A DNA stretch of 64,000 bases, from the NCBI RefSeq assembly GCF_004010195.1, contig NC_057753.1:5313435-5377434 (forward strand). Reading direction: 5' to 3'. The notes beneath the pieces are model-generated. The model was not told the origin of the DNA, did not search any database, and saw only the letters and a list, made by a program, of their open reading frames with translations. Position numbers and translations under genes: made by a program. The DNA is from Chiloscyllium plagiosum (taxonomy: Eukaryota). Of this stretch, positions 1 to 10,904 are shown piece by piece (within the stretch, counting starts at the first letter, position 1; each line of letters starts with the position of its first letter).

Positions 1-647
1 GCAATTCTCGTCTCCTTCCTATCGGAAAGATTTTGTGAAACCTGAAAGGGTTCAGAAAAGATTTACAAGGATGTTGCCAGGATTGGAGGATTTGAGCTAC
101 AGGGAGAGGCTGGAACTGGCTGGGGCTGTTTTCCCTGGAGGCTGAGGGGTGACCTTATAGAGGTTTACAGAATTAATTGTGGTCTCCTTCCTATCGGAAG
201 GATGTTGTGAAACGTAAAAGGGTTCAGAAAGATTTATGAGAATGTTGTCAGGGTAGCAGGGTTTGAGCTACAGGGAGAGGCTGAATAGGCTGGGGCCGTT
301 TTCCCTGCAGCGTCCAAGGCTGAGGGGTGACCTCAGAGGTTTGTAAAATCATGAGGGATGGGGTGGGGGAGTCTGGAACTAGAGGGCATAGGTTTAAGGT
401 GAGCGGGGAAAGATATAAAATGGACCCAAGGGGCAACTTTTTCACGCAGAGGGTGGTGCGTGTATGGAATGAGCTGCCAGAGGAAGTGGTTGTGGCTGGT
501 ACAATTGCAACATTTGAGAGGCATTTGGATGGGTATATGAATAGGAAGGGCCGTGTGCTGACAAATGGGACTAGATTAGGTTGGCATATCTGGTCGGCAT
601 GGAGTTGGACCGAAGGGTAGGTTTCCGTGTTGTACGTCTCTATGACT
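1..647 (+). mobile_element. CR1/HER1-type LINE 3' fragment with internally duplicated segment
   Basis: ORF2 C-terminal motifs (QFSSP.YRKD, RTRGHRFKV, NFFTQRVVRVWNELP) and 3' tail GGACCGAAGGG...CTCTATGACTCT; about 10-170 is repeated from about 180. Confidence 0.9.
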
Positions 648-1374
648 CTTAGCAGAAATTAGCAGAAGTAACAGAGAAATACAAAACCTGGGAATGCCTT
701 GGCAGAGGAAGAAGTGGAATAGCGTCAGAGATGTGATCAGGGCAAAGCTGAAATGCAGCAATGGATTGACTCCAGGCAACAGGAATATGCCATTCAGCCC
801 CTCGAGCCTGCTCCAGCATTCGGAGATTGATCATGGCTGATCTGTGGCCTAGCTCCATGTTCCATTTAAAATTCCACAAACTGCAGTGGATGCTGAAAAG
901 TTTCCCAAAGGTCTCCTGCCATTTGTGTGCAGAGGTGCTTGCTGACATCGCTCCTTCAATGGTTTGGGCTCGTTGTCAGACTATGGCCCTCGATTCGAGA
1001 ACAGAATCCGATCCACAGTCCAGCGGCCACACCAGCTCCGGAGGCCCGCAACCTCCCACGGAGAGCACAGCGCGGCATGAGAAATTCGAAACCTGGAGAT
1101 GGATGCTCCCAGTACTGCTGGAACGAAGCCAGGAGCGCAGGAGAGAGAGGGAAAAAAAATTGCACAATTGAGAAAATCTACCGGGGAGTGGGTGAATGTC
1201 AGTGTGCAATTGTCACTACATGATGACATCACAGACAGGAACACAGAGTCTGGGTCCATACAAACCCAGAAATCAGCCACATGTTGTGAAGGATGGGAGC
1301 AGAGGGACAGAGACCACCTACCGGAATGTTTTGAGGGAAAGAGGAATTTTTATTTGTAAGGTTAACTTTCTTTC

Positions 1375-1780
1375 ATTATTTGTTCATGGGATGTGGGCAT
1401 CTCTTGCCCTTGAGAAGGTGGTGGTGGTGGTGGTGGTGAACTGCTGCAGTCCCTGTGCAGTGGAGACCTCCACAGTGCCACTGGGAAGGACCTGCAGGAT
1501 TCAGACTCTGCAACAGCTGAAGGAAAGCGACATCTTTCCGAGATGATGTATGGCTCAGGTGGTTACTTGCAGGTGGTGGTTCCCGAGTGTTTGCAGCGTG
1601 TGCTTCCAAGTGGCGGATGTTTGGGAGTTGCTGAGTGAGTTAATACAGTGAGTTTTGTAGATGGTACACATTACTGGCACTGCGCATCAGTCAATTCTGC
1701 CTTGTAGAGAGTGGATAGACTTTGGGGAGTCAGGAATTGGGAAACACTGGGATAGTTCCCAGTGTGGCAAAGGAGATTGA
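1375..1780 (-). mobile_element. Old CR1-group LINE 3' fragment (divergent lineage)
   Basis: Reverse complement resembles the 45460-46040 element (GTGTACCATCTACAAAA). Confidence 0.55.
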
Positions 1781-2049
1781 GGGAAGATTTGACAGAGGCA
1801 TTTATGAGACAGGTTAGATGAAAGTGGTTCTCATTAGCTGACCTTGAAAGGATTGCAGGACCAATTTAAGGTCATGGGCAAGATCAGCAACTGGAAGGAG
1901 AGATTTGAGGGCTACATGTGAACATAACATGGTAATCGCTGGCACTCAATCCGAGAGTGAGGAAGCTAGGTCGGAAACAACTTTACTAAATTTAAATAAG
2001 GGTTAAACAAAGGATTAAGGGCGGTGATCGCTGGAACAGACAGGGTAAG

Positions 2050-2220
2050 GAGTTTAGGGTGTGGTGCTGGAGAAGCACAGCAGGAGAATCAACATTTTGG
2101 GAATAAGCCCTTCATCAGGAATGAGGCTTGTGAGCCAAGAGGGTAGAGAGATAAATGAGAGGAGGAAACTGGTGAAATCAACATTGATCCCGTGTGGTTG
2201 GAAGGTCCCAAGCAGAAGGC
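2050..2220 (-). mobile_element. Penelope-like element 3' fragment, degenerate hammerhead core
   Basis: Reverse complement reads CCTGATGAAGGGCTTATTCCCAAAATG...TTCTCCAGCACCACAC, like the PLE tail at 6670-6857. Confidence 0.65.
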
Positions 2221-2349
2221 GTTTAGCAGCAAAGATCATTGAGAAAAAACAGCAAATGTTTTATGAAAATAGTTCATGGCGCACAGCTCAGGTATATCTC
2301 AGTGCGAAAGAAGGTTTCCAGGAAAGGGATTGGTCAACCCTGATTAACT

Positions 2350-3593
2350 AGGCAAACTGAAAGAAAACAAAATGCAAAGATGCAGAAAAAGGCAAAGTTA
2401 CGCACTTTGCCAGGAAGAATAGAGGAGCTGATTATTATTGAAGAGCTATAGCTTAGATAGCAAGAGCACAGAAGGATTTGAGTCCCTGTGCCTGAATCAC
2501 AAAAGGCTAGCATCTACGTTCAGCAGGTATTAGGGAAGACAGGTGGAATGCTGGATGTTATTTCAATGGGAATAGTGTACAACAAAAAAGGGAATTCTTA
2601 CTAAAACTGTGAGGGGCACTTGTTAGATAACAACCAAAATACTGTGAACAATTTTGGTCTGACCCCTTACTGAAGGAAAAATATTCTGGCATTGCAAACA
2701 GTCTAGAGAAGGTTTTTTTCTTAAGATTAGATTCCCTACAATATGGAAACAGGCCCTTCGGCCCAACAAGTCCACACTGACCCTCCAAAGAGTAACCTAC
2801 CCAGACCCATTCCCCTGTTCTATATTAGAACCTGACTAATGCACCTAACACTAGGGGCAATTTCCCATGGCCAATCCATCCTAACTTGCACATCTTTGGA
2901 TTGTGGGAGGTAACCGGAGCACCTGGAGGAAACCCACGCAGACACAGGGAGAATGTGCAAACCTCACACAGACAGTCGCCCCAAGGCTGGAATCGAACCC
3001 GGTCCCTGGCGCTGTGAGGCATCAGTGCTAACCACTGAGCCACCGGGCCACCCCTTACTGAGGATCACTTGGCTGATCACATGCAGAGAGGGGCTGTCTT
3101 AGGAAGAGAAGCTTAGTGGGTTCGAAGAATGAGAGGTGACATTATTGAAACAGACAAGATTCTTAGGGGACTTGACAAGGTTAATGTGGAATGGTTGTTT
3201 CTCTTTGTGAGCAGAATAAGGGGTGGCCCTTTAAGACAGTAAAGAGAAGGAATTTGTTCTGTCAGAAGGCAGTGAATCTGTGAAATCCTTTACCACAGAC
3301 AGCTGTCGAGTCTGGATTGTTATGTGCATTCAAGCTGAGAGAGAAGATTTTTAACTCAGTAAGAGAGCCAAGCGTTATGTAGAAGAGGCAGGAAAGTGGA
3401 GTTGAGGATTATAAAATCAGCCGTGATCGCGTTGTATGTTGGACAGACTCAGTGGGCTGCTCCTACAGCAAATGGATGCTTACAGAGAGAAATGGGCTAA
3501 ATGCAGGCAAATGGTATTACATCAGATTGGGATGTCTGGTCAGTGTGGACGAGTTAGACCAAAGGGTCTGTTTCCATGCTATATGATTCTATG
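2350..3593 (+). mobile_element. CR1 LINE fragments interrupted by a SINE
   Basis: Degenerate ORF2 C-terminal motifs either side of the SINE; HER1-like tail at 3480-3593. Confidence 0.75.
2722..3054 (-). mobile_element. HE1-type tRNA-derived SINE
   Basis: Head GGTGGCTCAGTGGTTAGCAC, B-box GGTTCGATTCC, central TGTGTGAGGTTTGCACATTCTCC, (AATCT)n tail on minus strand. Confidence 0.9.
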
Positions 3594-3667
3594 ATAATCA
3601 GCTAGAACTCAATACTTACACTCAAACGTCTGATAACGTCCAGGCCCTGGCAAATGAAGGGCTTCTA

Positions 3668-3836
3668 GGAGAAAGTGAGGACTGCAGATGCTGGAGATCA
3701 GAGCTTAAAAATGTGTTGCTGGAAAAGCGCAGCAGATCAGGTATTTCCTGAAGAAGGGCTTTATGCCCGAAACGTCGATTCCTCTGCTCCTATGATGCTG
3801 CCTGACCTGCTGCGCTTTTCCAGCAACACATTTTTA
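3668..3836. mobile_element. Short PLE-derived insert with inverted ends and hammerhead core
   Basis: AAATGTGTTGCTGGAAAAGCGCAGCAG inverted at the right end; flanking duplication AAAT(G/C)AAGGGCTTCT at 3652-3666 and 3837-3851. Confidence 0.8.
3744..3780 (+). ncRNA. Minimal type I hammerhead ribozyme motif
   Basis: CUGAAGA-A-GGGC-UUUAU-GCCC-GAAAC-GUC: intact core boxes, stem II and GUC triplet. Confidence 0.65.
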
Positions 3837-4004
3837 AAATCAAGGGCTTCTGTCAGATTCTTGATATGCAGCTTTGTTTGAGTTTCTCATTTGCGAATCC
3901 TGTTGTAATATCCTGGATTGGAGTTTAGAAAATGCATTATTTTCAGTCAGGTCAGAAGTTCAGAAAAGAAAGACTTTTCTCTCGCTCTGAGTTATGATTC
4001 AGGC

Positions 4005-4850
4005 TATAGAGAGTTATAGATTTATACAGCATGGAAACCAACCCTCCCGTCCAACCAGTCCACGCTGAACATAATCCCAAACTAAACTAGTTCCACCTGC
4101 CCGCTCCTGGCTGATAACCTTCCAAAGCATTTCCTTATTCATCTACTTATCCAAATGTTTTTAAACATTATAATTGTACCCACATCCTCTGGAAGTTCAT
4201 TCCACACATGAATCACCCGTTTTTTTAAATCTCTGTCCTCTCACCTTAAACATGTGCCCCATCCTAGGGAAAAGACAGCTACCATCAACTCTACACCCCT
4301 CATTTGTTTATAAACTTCTATAAGGTCACATCTCAACCTCCTATGCTGCAGTGAAAAAAAAAGTCCTAGTTTTTCTCAATAACTCAAACCTTCCATACCT
4401 GGTAATATCCTGGTACGTCTCTTCTGAACCCTCTCCAGCTTAATAATATCCTTCCTATAAGTGGGTGATTAGAACAGGACACAGCATTCCTCACCAGAAT
4501 CCAGAACAACCTCAACATGACTTCCCAACTCCCAATACTCAAAGGACAGAGCAAAAAAGGTCAGCATGCCAAACACTTTTGTCACCACTCTGTCTATATG
4601 TGATGCAGACTTCAAAAGAATTATGTACTTGAGTTGAAACTTTATTGCTGGAACAGCACAGCTCCTCACCAGAATCCAGAACAACCTCAACATGACTTCC
4701 CAACTCCCAATACTCAAAGGACAGAGCAAAAAAGGTCAGCATGCCAAACACTTTTATCACCACTCTGTCTATATGTGATGCAGACTTCAAAAGAATTATG
4801 TACTTGACCCCTAGGTCCCTCTGTTCTACAACAGTACCCAAATTTAAGAC
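4005..4850 (-). mobile_element. CR1 LINE 3' fragment with about 144-bp direct duplication
   Basis: EQRDLGV, DRVV.KVFGML motifs; 4488-4632 repeated at 4663-4807. Confidence 0.85.
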
Positions 4851-5254
4851 AGTTGGCAGTATCTAAAGGAAAAGCAATTTTAATGCAGAAACTAAGAACA
4901 AAAAATTGCTGGATAAAACTCAAGTCTGGCAGCATCTGTGGAGAGAAAGCAGTTAGCATTTTGAGTTCAGTGACGCTTCTTCAGAACTGATGGTAGCTAG
5001 GAAAATGTGGCATAAACACTGAAGACAGGAGAGAGAGGAGTACACAGTAGGTAGAGACACAGCCCAGAGGGACAGAAAGACAGACAAAGGGACAGACAAT
5101 GGTAAGCCATGGAAGACTGAAAAGCTAATAATTGGAACCATTAGCAGGTAAAATTAGGTTGGCTATGCTGAAAGCTGCACATGTGATGATGACACATTTT
5201 GAAGTGTGGGGGTGGGTCAAGGACATTGAAGGAGGTGCTTAGGCCCAAACATTG

Positions 5255-5575
5255 TGGGCGGCACGGTGGCACAGTGGTTAGCACTGCTGCCTCACAGCGC
5301 CAGAGATGCGGGTTCAATTCCCGCCTCAGGCGACTGACTGTGTGGAGTTTGCACATTCTCCCCGTGTCTGCGTGGGTTTCCTCCGGGTGCTCCGGTTTCC
5401 TCCCACAGTCCAAAGATGTGCAGGGTCAGGTGAATTGGCCATACTAAATTGCCCATAGTGTTAGGTAAGGGGTAAATGTAGGGGTATGGTTGGGTTTTGC
5501 TTCGGCGGGTCGGTGTGGACTTGTTGGGCCGAAGGGCCTGTTTCCACACTGTAATCTAATCTAATCTAATCTAAT
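5255..5575 (+). mobile_element. HE1-type SINE, full length, young-looking
   Basis: GGGCGGCACGGTGGCACAGTGGTTAGC head, B-box GGTTCAATTCC, (TAATC)4 tail. Confidence 0.95.
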
Positions 5576-5759
5576 TATTGGACTTGATATGGAGTCCTGA
5601 AAGTTGCAGGGTCCTCAAGTGGAAAGCCTCACTGGAGCACTGAACAGGCCCAACTCAAACGTTTAGTCAGCGAACATTTGGTGTGGTGTATTGAAGTGGT
5701 AGGCTCCATCTCTACCAATCACATACTCCTTTCCCTCCCCACCAACTCCTAGTTGGACA

Positions 5760-6035
5760 GAATCTCTACAGTGGTCCAACAAGTCCACACTGACCCACCG
5801 AACAGTAACCCAACCTATTATCTATATTTACCCCTGACCAATGCACCTAACCTACATATCCCTGAACACTATGGATAATTTAGCATGGCCAATTCAACCT
5901 AACCTGCACATCTTTGGATTGTGGGAGGAAACCGAAGCACCCACAGGAAACCCATGCAGACACAGTGAGAATGTGCAAACCCCACACAGACGATGTGAGA
6001 CAGTGTGTGCTAACCACTGAGCCACCATGCCACTC
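5760..6035 (-). mobile_element. HE1-type SINE, degenerate
   Basis: Reverse-complement SINE head, core and tail with deletions. Confidence 0.85.
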
Positions 6036-6319
6036 CTTCAGTATATATATCCTCTGCTAGTTACCATCAACTCTGAAGAATGAGTCACTGGATCCAAAAC
6101 ATTAAACGCTCTACGGATGCTGCCAGACCTGCTGAATTTCTCCAGCAATTTATTGTTCTGTTCCTAACTTCCAGCAACCGCAGTTCTTTGTTTTACTTTA
6201 ATGTTCCATAAAGTAGTGGGAAAAGGGGGAGCAAGCTTTGCTCCCCTTTCTTCATTGCACTGTTTAGCCTAATCGATAAGACACTGGGTGTGAACGTTTC
6301 ATGCAACTCGTTGGACAAG

Positions 6320-6857
6320 TTCCGTGACTATCTGGTCAGGTCCACGCCCCCCTACAACCTACCCTCCCATCCTGGCACCTTCCCCTGCCACCGCAGGAAT
6401 TGCAAAACCTGCGCCCACACCTCCTCCCTCACCACCATCCAAGGCCCTAAAAGAGCCTTCCACATCCAAAGTTTTNNNNNNNNNNNNNNNNNNNNNNNNN
6501 NNNNNNNNNNNNNNNNNNNNNNNNNNNNNNNNNNNNNNNNNNNNNNNNNNNNNNNNNNNNNNNNNNNNNNNNNNNNNNNNNNNNNNNNNNNNNNNNNNNN
6601 NNNNNNNNNNNNNNNNNNNNNNNNNNNNNNNNNNNNNNNNNNNNNNNNNNNNNNNNNNNNNNNNNNNNNTCTCCCCACCCCCCCCCTCCTCTAGCTTATC
6701 TCTCCACGCTTCAGGCTCTCTGCCTTTATTCCTGATGAAGGGCTTTTTCCAGAAACGTCGATTTTGCCTGTCCTCGGATGCTGCCTGAACTGCTGTGCTC
6801 TTCCAGCACCACTAATCCAGAATCTGGTTTCCAGCATCTGCAGTCATTGTTTTTACC
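6320..6857 (+). mobile_element. Penelope-like element 3' part (Cys-rich linker before GIY-YIG, gap, 3' UTR)
   Basis: Peptide GTFPCHRRNCKTCAHTSSLTTIQGPK typical of the PLE RT-endonuclease linker; tail with CCTGATGAAGGGC...GAAACGTCG; interior is an N gap. Confidence 0.75.
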
Positions 6858-6879
6858 AGATTGTAAATGGACAACTTCC

Positions 6880-7400
6880 TCCCAGTCACTGCCCCCTACA
6901 AAGATGGCGCTGTACATGCTGCCCCCTGCCCCCAATAAAGATGGCAGCCGCTTTCCCTGAGGCCTGTCACTGGGAGATAAGCCTGGGCCGTCGTTCCCTT
7001 TGGTGTGAAGGTGGGGGGGAACCTGTAAGTTTTATCCGGCGTTAAGCAACCCTTTCCACTCACCGACAATCGTGTCCAATCCATTGCCAGCAGCTTCTTG
7101 TCATGGTGTATGAGACCTGCTCTTGGCGTTCCCCGGTCCCAGCGGCACTGCGCATGCTCACTGCGCCCGGGGGGAAATGGGCGTGGCTTGGGCTTCAGCT
7201 TGGGTGGCTGTTACAACCACCTATGGGAATGAAAGAGGGGCGGGACTGGAGGACTGAGCGGGGCTGGTCCTCCAACCAATGGGAGTGAATGATGGGCGGG
7301 ACTGGAGGATCAAGCTGCTCTGGTCCTCCAACCAATGGGAGTGAATGAGGGGCGGGACAGGAGGATCCCGACGGCGGGGCTGGTCTTCCACCAGCCTATC
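6880..7400 (-). promoter_or_regulatory. CpG-rich promoter / noncoding first exon homologous to the ZNF promoter at 46.8 kb
   Basis: ACTGCGCATGCTC at 7148, minus-strand donor CG|GTGAGT near 7063, paired AAGATGGC sites 6901/6938, 56-bp CCAAT/GC-box repeats 7220-7390. Confidence 0.6.
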
Positions 7401-7524
7401 CAGGTCTTTCTGCTGCACAACAGTCTTTGACCCTCCTTTGTATCTTCTGCAAACTTAGAAACAATGTCCTCAGTTCCTCATCGAGATCGTTCATATGCAA
7501 ACTGAATAATTGTTAAAAAAAAAA

Positions 7525-7835
7525 TCACACAACACCAGGTTATAGTCGAACAGTTTCATTTGGAAGCACTTCCAAAGGAACAGCTTTGACAAAGGGTCAG
7601 TTAGACTCGAAACAGTCTTTTCTCTCCTTATAGATGCTGCCAGACCTGCTGAGATTTCCCAGCATTTTCTCTTTTGGTTCCAAATAAATCTGTTGGATAT
7701 CTGGTCGGCATGGACGGGTTGGACCGAAGGGTCTATTTCCATGCTGTACATCTCTACGGCTCTATGACTATAACCTGGTGTCATGTAATTTTTAAACTCT
7801 GCCCAGCCCAGTCCAACACTGGCTCCTCCAAATCA
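7525..7835. mobile_element. PLE-derived inverted element containing other PLE and CR1 tail pieces
   Basis: CACAACACCAGGTTATAGTC mirrored by GACTATAACCTGGTGT; internal CR1 3' tail 7695-7767. Confidence 0.65.
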
Positions 7836-8482
7836 AATTGTGATTCCAACACTAATCCCTGCAGAATTCCACTTGTTCCTAGCTGCTATCTTGAGAAAAT
7901 CCCCTTTATCCTCACTCTTTGTCTTCTGCCACTGCCAGTCAGCCAATCCTTTGTGCCAGAATGTTGCTCTTTACATCATGGATTCTTATGTATCTGCCTC
8001 CACTGTAGTATCTTGTTAAAAGGTCTTCTTACAATCTAAATATATCATGACCACTGATTCTTCTTTGTGTAACCTACTCATTACTGTCTTTGATTTAATT
8101 TGATTTGATTTATTATTGTCAAATGTACGTAGGTACAGTGAAAAGTTTTGTTTTGGGTGCCACAGATTATACCATATAAAGTGCAATAGGGTAATAAAAC
8201 AGAGCAAAGAATACAATATTGCAGCTGAAGAGAAAGTGCACAGACAGCAAGATCAACATGAAATGTAAAATTTGAGAAGTCTATTCAGAAGTCTGTTAAT
8301 AGCAGAGACGTTGAGGTGTTACATGGAAATTTTACATTGAGGATAGGAGTTAGGAGGTCATGTTGTGGCTGTACAGGACGTTGATTAGGCCACTTTTAGA
8401 ATATTGTGTGCAATTCTGGTCTCCCTCCTATAGGAAGAGTATTGTGAAACTTGAAAGGGTTCAGAAAAAAATTTACAAAGAT

Positions 8483-10025
8483 TTAGATTACCTACAGTAT
8501 GGAAACAGGCCCTTCAGCCCAACAAGTCCTCACTGATTTTCTGAAGAGTAACCTACCCAGACCCATTCCCCTACCCTATATTTACTCCAACTAACGTACC
8601 TAACACTATGGGCAATTTAGCATAGCCAAATCACCTGACCAGCACATAGAATCATGGAGATGTACAGCACAGAAACAGAACCTTCAGTTCAACTTGTCCA
8701 GGCCGATCAGATATCCCAACCCAAATCTAGTCCCACCTGCCATCACCCAGCCCATGTCCCTCCAAACCTTCCTATTCATATACCCATCCAGATGTCTTTT
8801 AATTATTGCAATTGTACTAGTCTCCACCACTTCCTCTGGCAGCTCATTCCATAGACGAAAGAGTTGCCCCTTAGGTCTCTTTTATATCTTTCTCCTCTCA
8901 TCCTAAGCCTCTGCCCTCTCGTTCTGGACTCCACCACCCCAGGAAAAAGGCTTTGTCTATTTATCCTATCCAAGTCCCTCATGATTTTGTAAACCTCTAT
9001 AAGGTCACCCCTCAGCCTCCAACGCTCCAGGGAAAACAGCCCCAGCCTGTTCAGCCTCTCCTTGTAGCTCAAATCCTCCAACCCTGCCAACATCCTTGTA
9101 AATATTTTCTGAACCCTTTCAAGTTTCACAACATCTTTCCGATAGGAAGGAGACCAGAACTGCACACAATATTCCAACAGTGGCGTAACCAATGTCCTGT
9201 ACAGCCGCAACATAACCTCCCAACTCCTGTACTCAATATGCTGACCAATGTAAGAGCATACCAAATGCCTTCTTCATTATCCTATCTACCTGCGACTCCA
9301 CTTTCAAGGAGCTATGAACCTGCACTCCAAGGTCTCTTTGTTCAGCAACACTCCCTTGGACCTTACCATAAAGTATGTAAGTCCTGCTAAGATTTGCTTT
9401 CCCAAAATGCAGCTAAATTAAACTCCATCTGCCACTTCTCAGCCCATTGGCCCATCTGGTCAAGATTCTGTTGTCATCTGAGGTAACCTTCTTCACTGTC
9501 CACTACACCTCTCATCTGCAAACTTACTAACTGTACCTCTTATGCTCACATCCAAATCATTTATATAAATGATGAAAAGTAGTGGACCCAGCACCGATCC
9601 TTGTGGCACTCCACTGGTTACAGACCTCCAGTCTGAAAAACAGCCCTCCACCACCACTCTCTGTCTTCGATCTTTGAGCCAGTTCTGTATCCAAATGGCT
9701 AGTTCTCCCTGTATTCCATGAGATCTAACCTTGCTAACTAGTCTCCCATCTGGAACCTTGTCGAGTGTCTTACCGAAGTCCATATAGATCACATCTACCA
9801 CTCTGCCCTCACCAATCCTCTTTGTTACTTCTTCAAAAAACTGAATCAAGTTTGTGAGACATGATTTCCCACTCACAAAGATATCTTTGGATTATGGGAG
9901 GAAACCCACACAGACAGAGGGAGAATGTACAAACTCCACACAGACAATCACCCAAGGTGGGACTCAAATCCAGGCCCCTGGCTTGTGAGGCAGCAGTACT
10001 AACCACTGAGCCACCATGCCACCCC
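8483..10025 (-). mobile_element. HE1-type SINE split by a CR1 (parts 8483-8647 and 9879-10025)
   Basis: ...CACCTGACCAGCACAT at 8647 continues as ATCTTTGGATT...GAGCCACCATGCCACCCC at 9881-10025. Confidence 0.85.
8648..9878 (-). mobile_element. CR1/HER1 LINE RT fragment (inner insertion)
   Basis: [55 protein letters not shown]. Confidence 0.95.
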
Positions 10026-10087
10026 GAGATGTTGGAGTGTTGGAGGCTGAGGGGTGACCTTGTAGAAGTTTATAAAACCATGAGGGG

Positions 10088-10322
10088 TGAAAATGTGTTG
10101 CTGGAAAAGCGCAGCAGGACAGGCAGCATCCAAGGAGCAGGAGAATCGACGTTTCGGGCATGAACCCTTCTTCAGGAATGAAGACTTTCCTCATTCCTGA
10201 AGAAGGGCTCATGCCCGAAACGTCGATTGTCCTGCTCCTTGGATGCTGCCTGACCTGCTGCGCTTTTCCAGCAACACATTTTCAGCTCTGATCTCCAGCA
10301 TCTGCAGTCCTCACTTTCTCCC
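10088..10322. mobile_element. Palindromic PLE-derived insert with two divergent hammerhead cores
   Basis: About 95-bp inverted arms; cores at 10144-10179 (-) and 10193-10228 (+); TSD AAAACCATGAGGGG at 10074-10087 and 10323-10336. Confidence 0.85.
10193..10228 (+). ncRNA. Minimal hammerhead ribozyme motif
   Basis: AUUC-CUGAAGA-A-GGGC-UCAU-GCCC-GAAAC-GUC-GAUU. Confidence 0.65.
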
Positions 10323-10722
10323 AAAACCATGAGGGGGTATGGATAGGGTAAATAGAAAAGGTCCTTTCCCTGTGGTGGGGGGAGTCCAGAAGTAGAGGGC
10401 ATAGGTTTAGGATGAGAGGGGAAAGATATAAAAGAGACCTAAGGGGCAACTTTTTCACACAGAGAGTGGTGTGTGTTTGGAATGAGCTGCCAGAGGAAGT
10501 GGTGGAGGCTGGTACATTTACAGCACTTAAAAGCCATCTGGATGGGGATATGAATGGGTAGGGTTTGGAGGGATATGGGCCAAATGCTGACAAATTAGAC
10601 TAGATTAATTTAGGATATCTGGTCGGCATGGACGAGTTGGACTGAAGGGTCTGTTTCTGTGCTAAGGATGGAGATGCTCCCCTTACCGGTCTATTCAGTG
10701 GCATTGTACACTCTGGGATTGG

Positions 10723-10888
10723 ACGTTTCGGGCACAGGCCCTTCTTCAGGAATGAGCTCATTCCTGAAGAAGGGCCTGTGCCCGAAACGTCGAATCTCCT
10801 GTTCCCTGGATGCTGCCTGACCTGCTGTGCTGTTCCAGCAATAAAGTTTCAACTTTGATCTCCAGCATCTGCAGACCTCACTTTCTCC
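10723..10888. mobile_element. PLE-derived insert with perfect 70-bp palindrome
   Basis: Perfect palindrome 10722-10791; perfect TSD ACACTCTGGGATTGG at 10708-10722 and 10889-10903. Confidence 0.85.
10760..10795 (+). ncRNA. Minimal type I hammerhead ribozyme motif (best copy)
   Basis: Stem I AUUC/GAAU, CUGAAGA, stem II GGGC-CUGU-GCCC, GAAAC, GUC triplet at 10789-10791. Confidence 0.7.
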
Positions 10889-10904
10889 ACACTCTGGGAT
10901 TGGC

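Larger units (their letters stand above)
4880..6200. mobile_element. Old PLE-derived fragments in inverted arrangement, interrupted by two SINEs
   Basis: AAATTGCTGG...TCTGGCAGCATC at about 4900-4940 mirrored by GATGCTGCCAGAC...CCAGCAATTT at about 6116-6150; degenerate CTGAAGA...AAAC cores. Confidence 0.55.
8340..10665 (+). mobile_element. Outer CR1 LINE 3' fragment split by nested insertions
   Basis: ORF2 sequence stops at about 8480, resumes at about 10030 and runs to the tail at about 10660. Confidence 0.8.

Noticed and set aside
1376..1609. ORF with poly-His run
   Set aside because: Produced by a (GGT)n microsatellite in a LINE remnant.
5255..5330. tRNA-like A/B boxes
   Set aside because: Head of a multi-copy SINE, not a tRNA gene.
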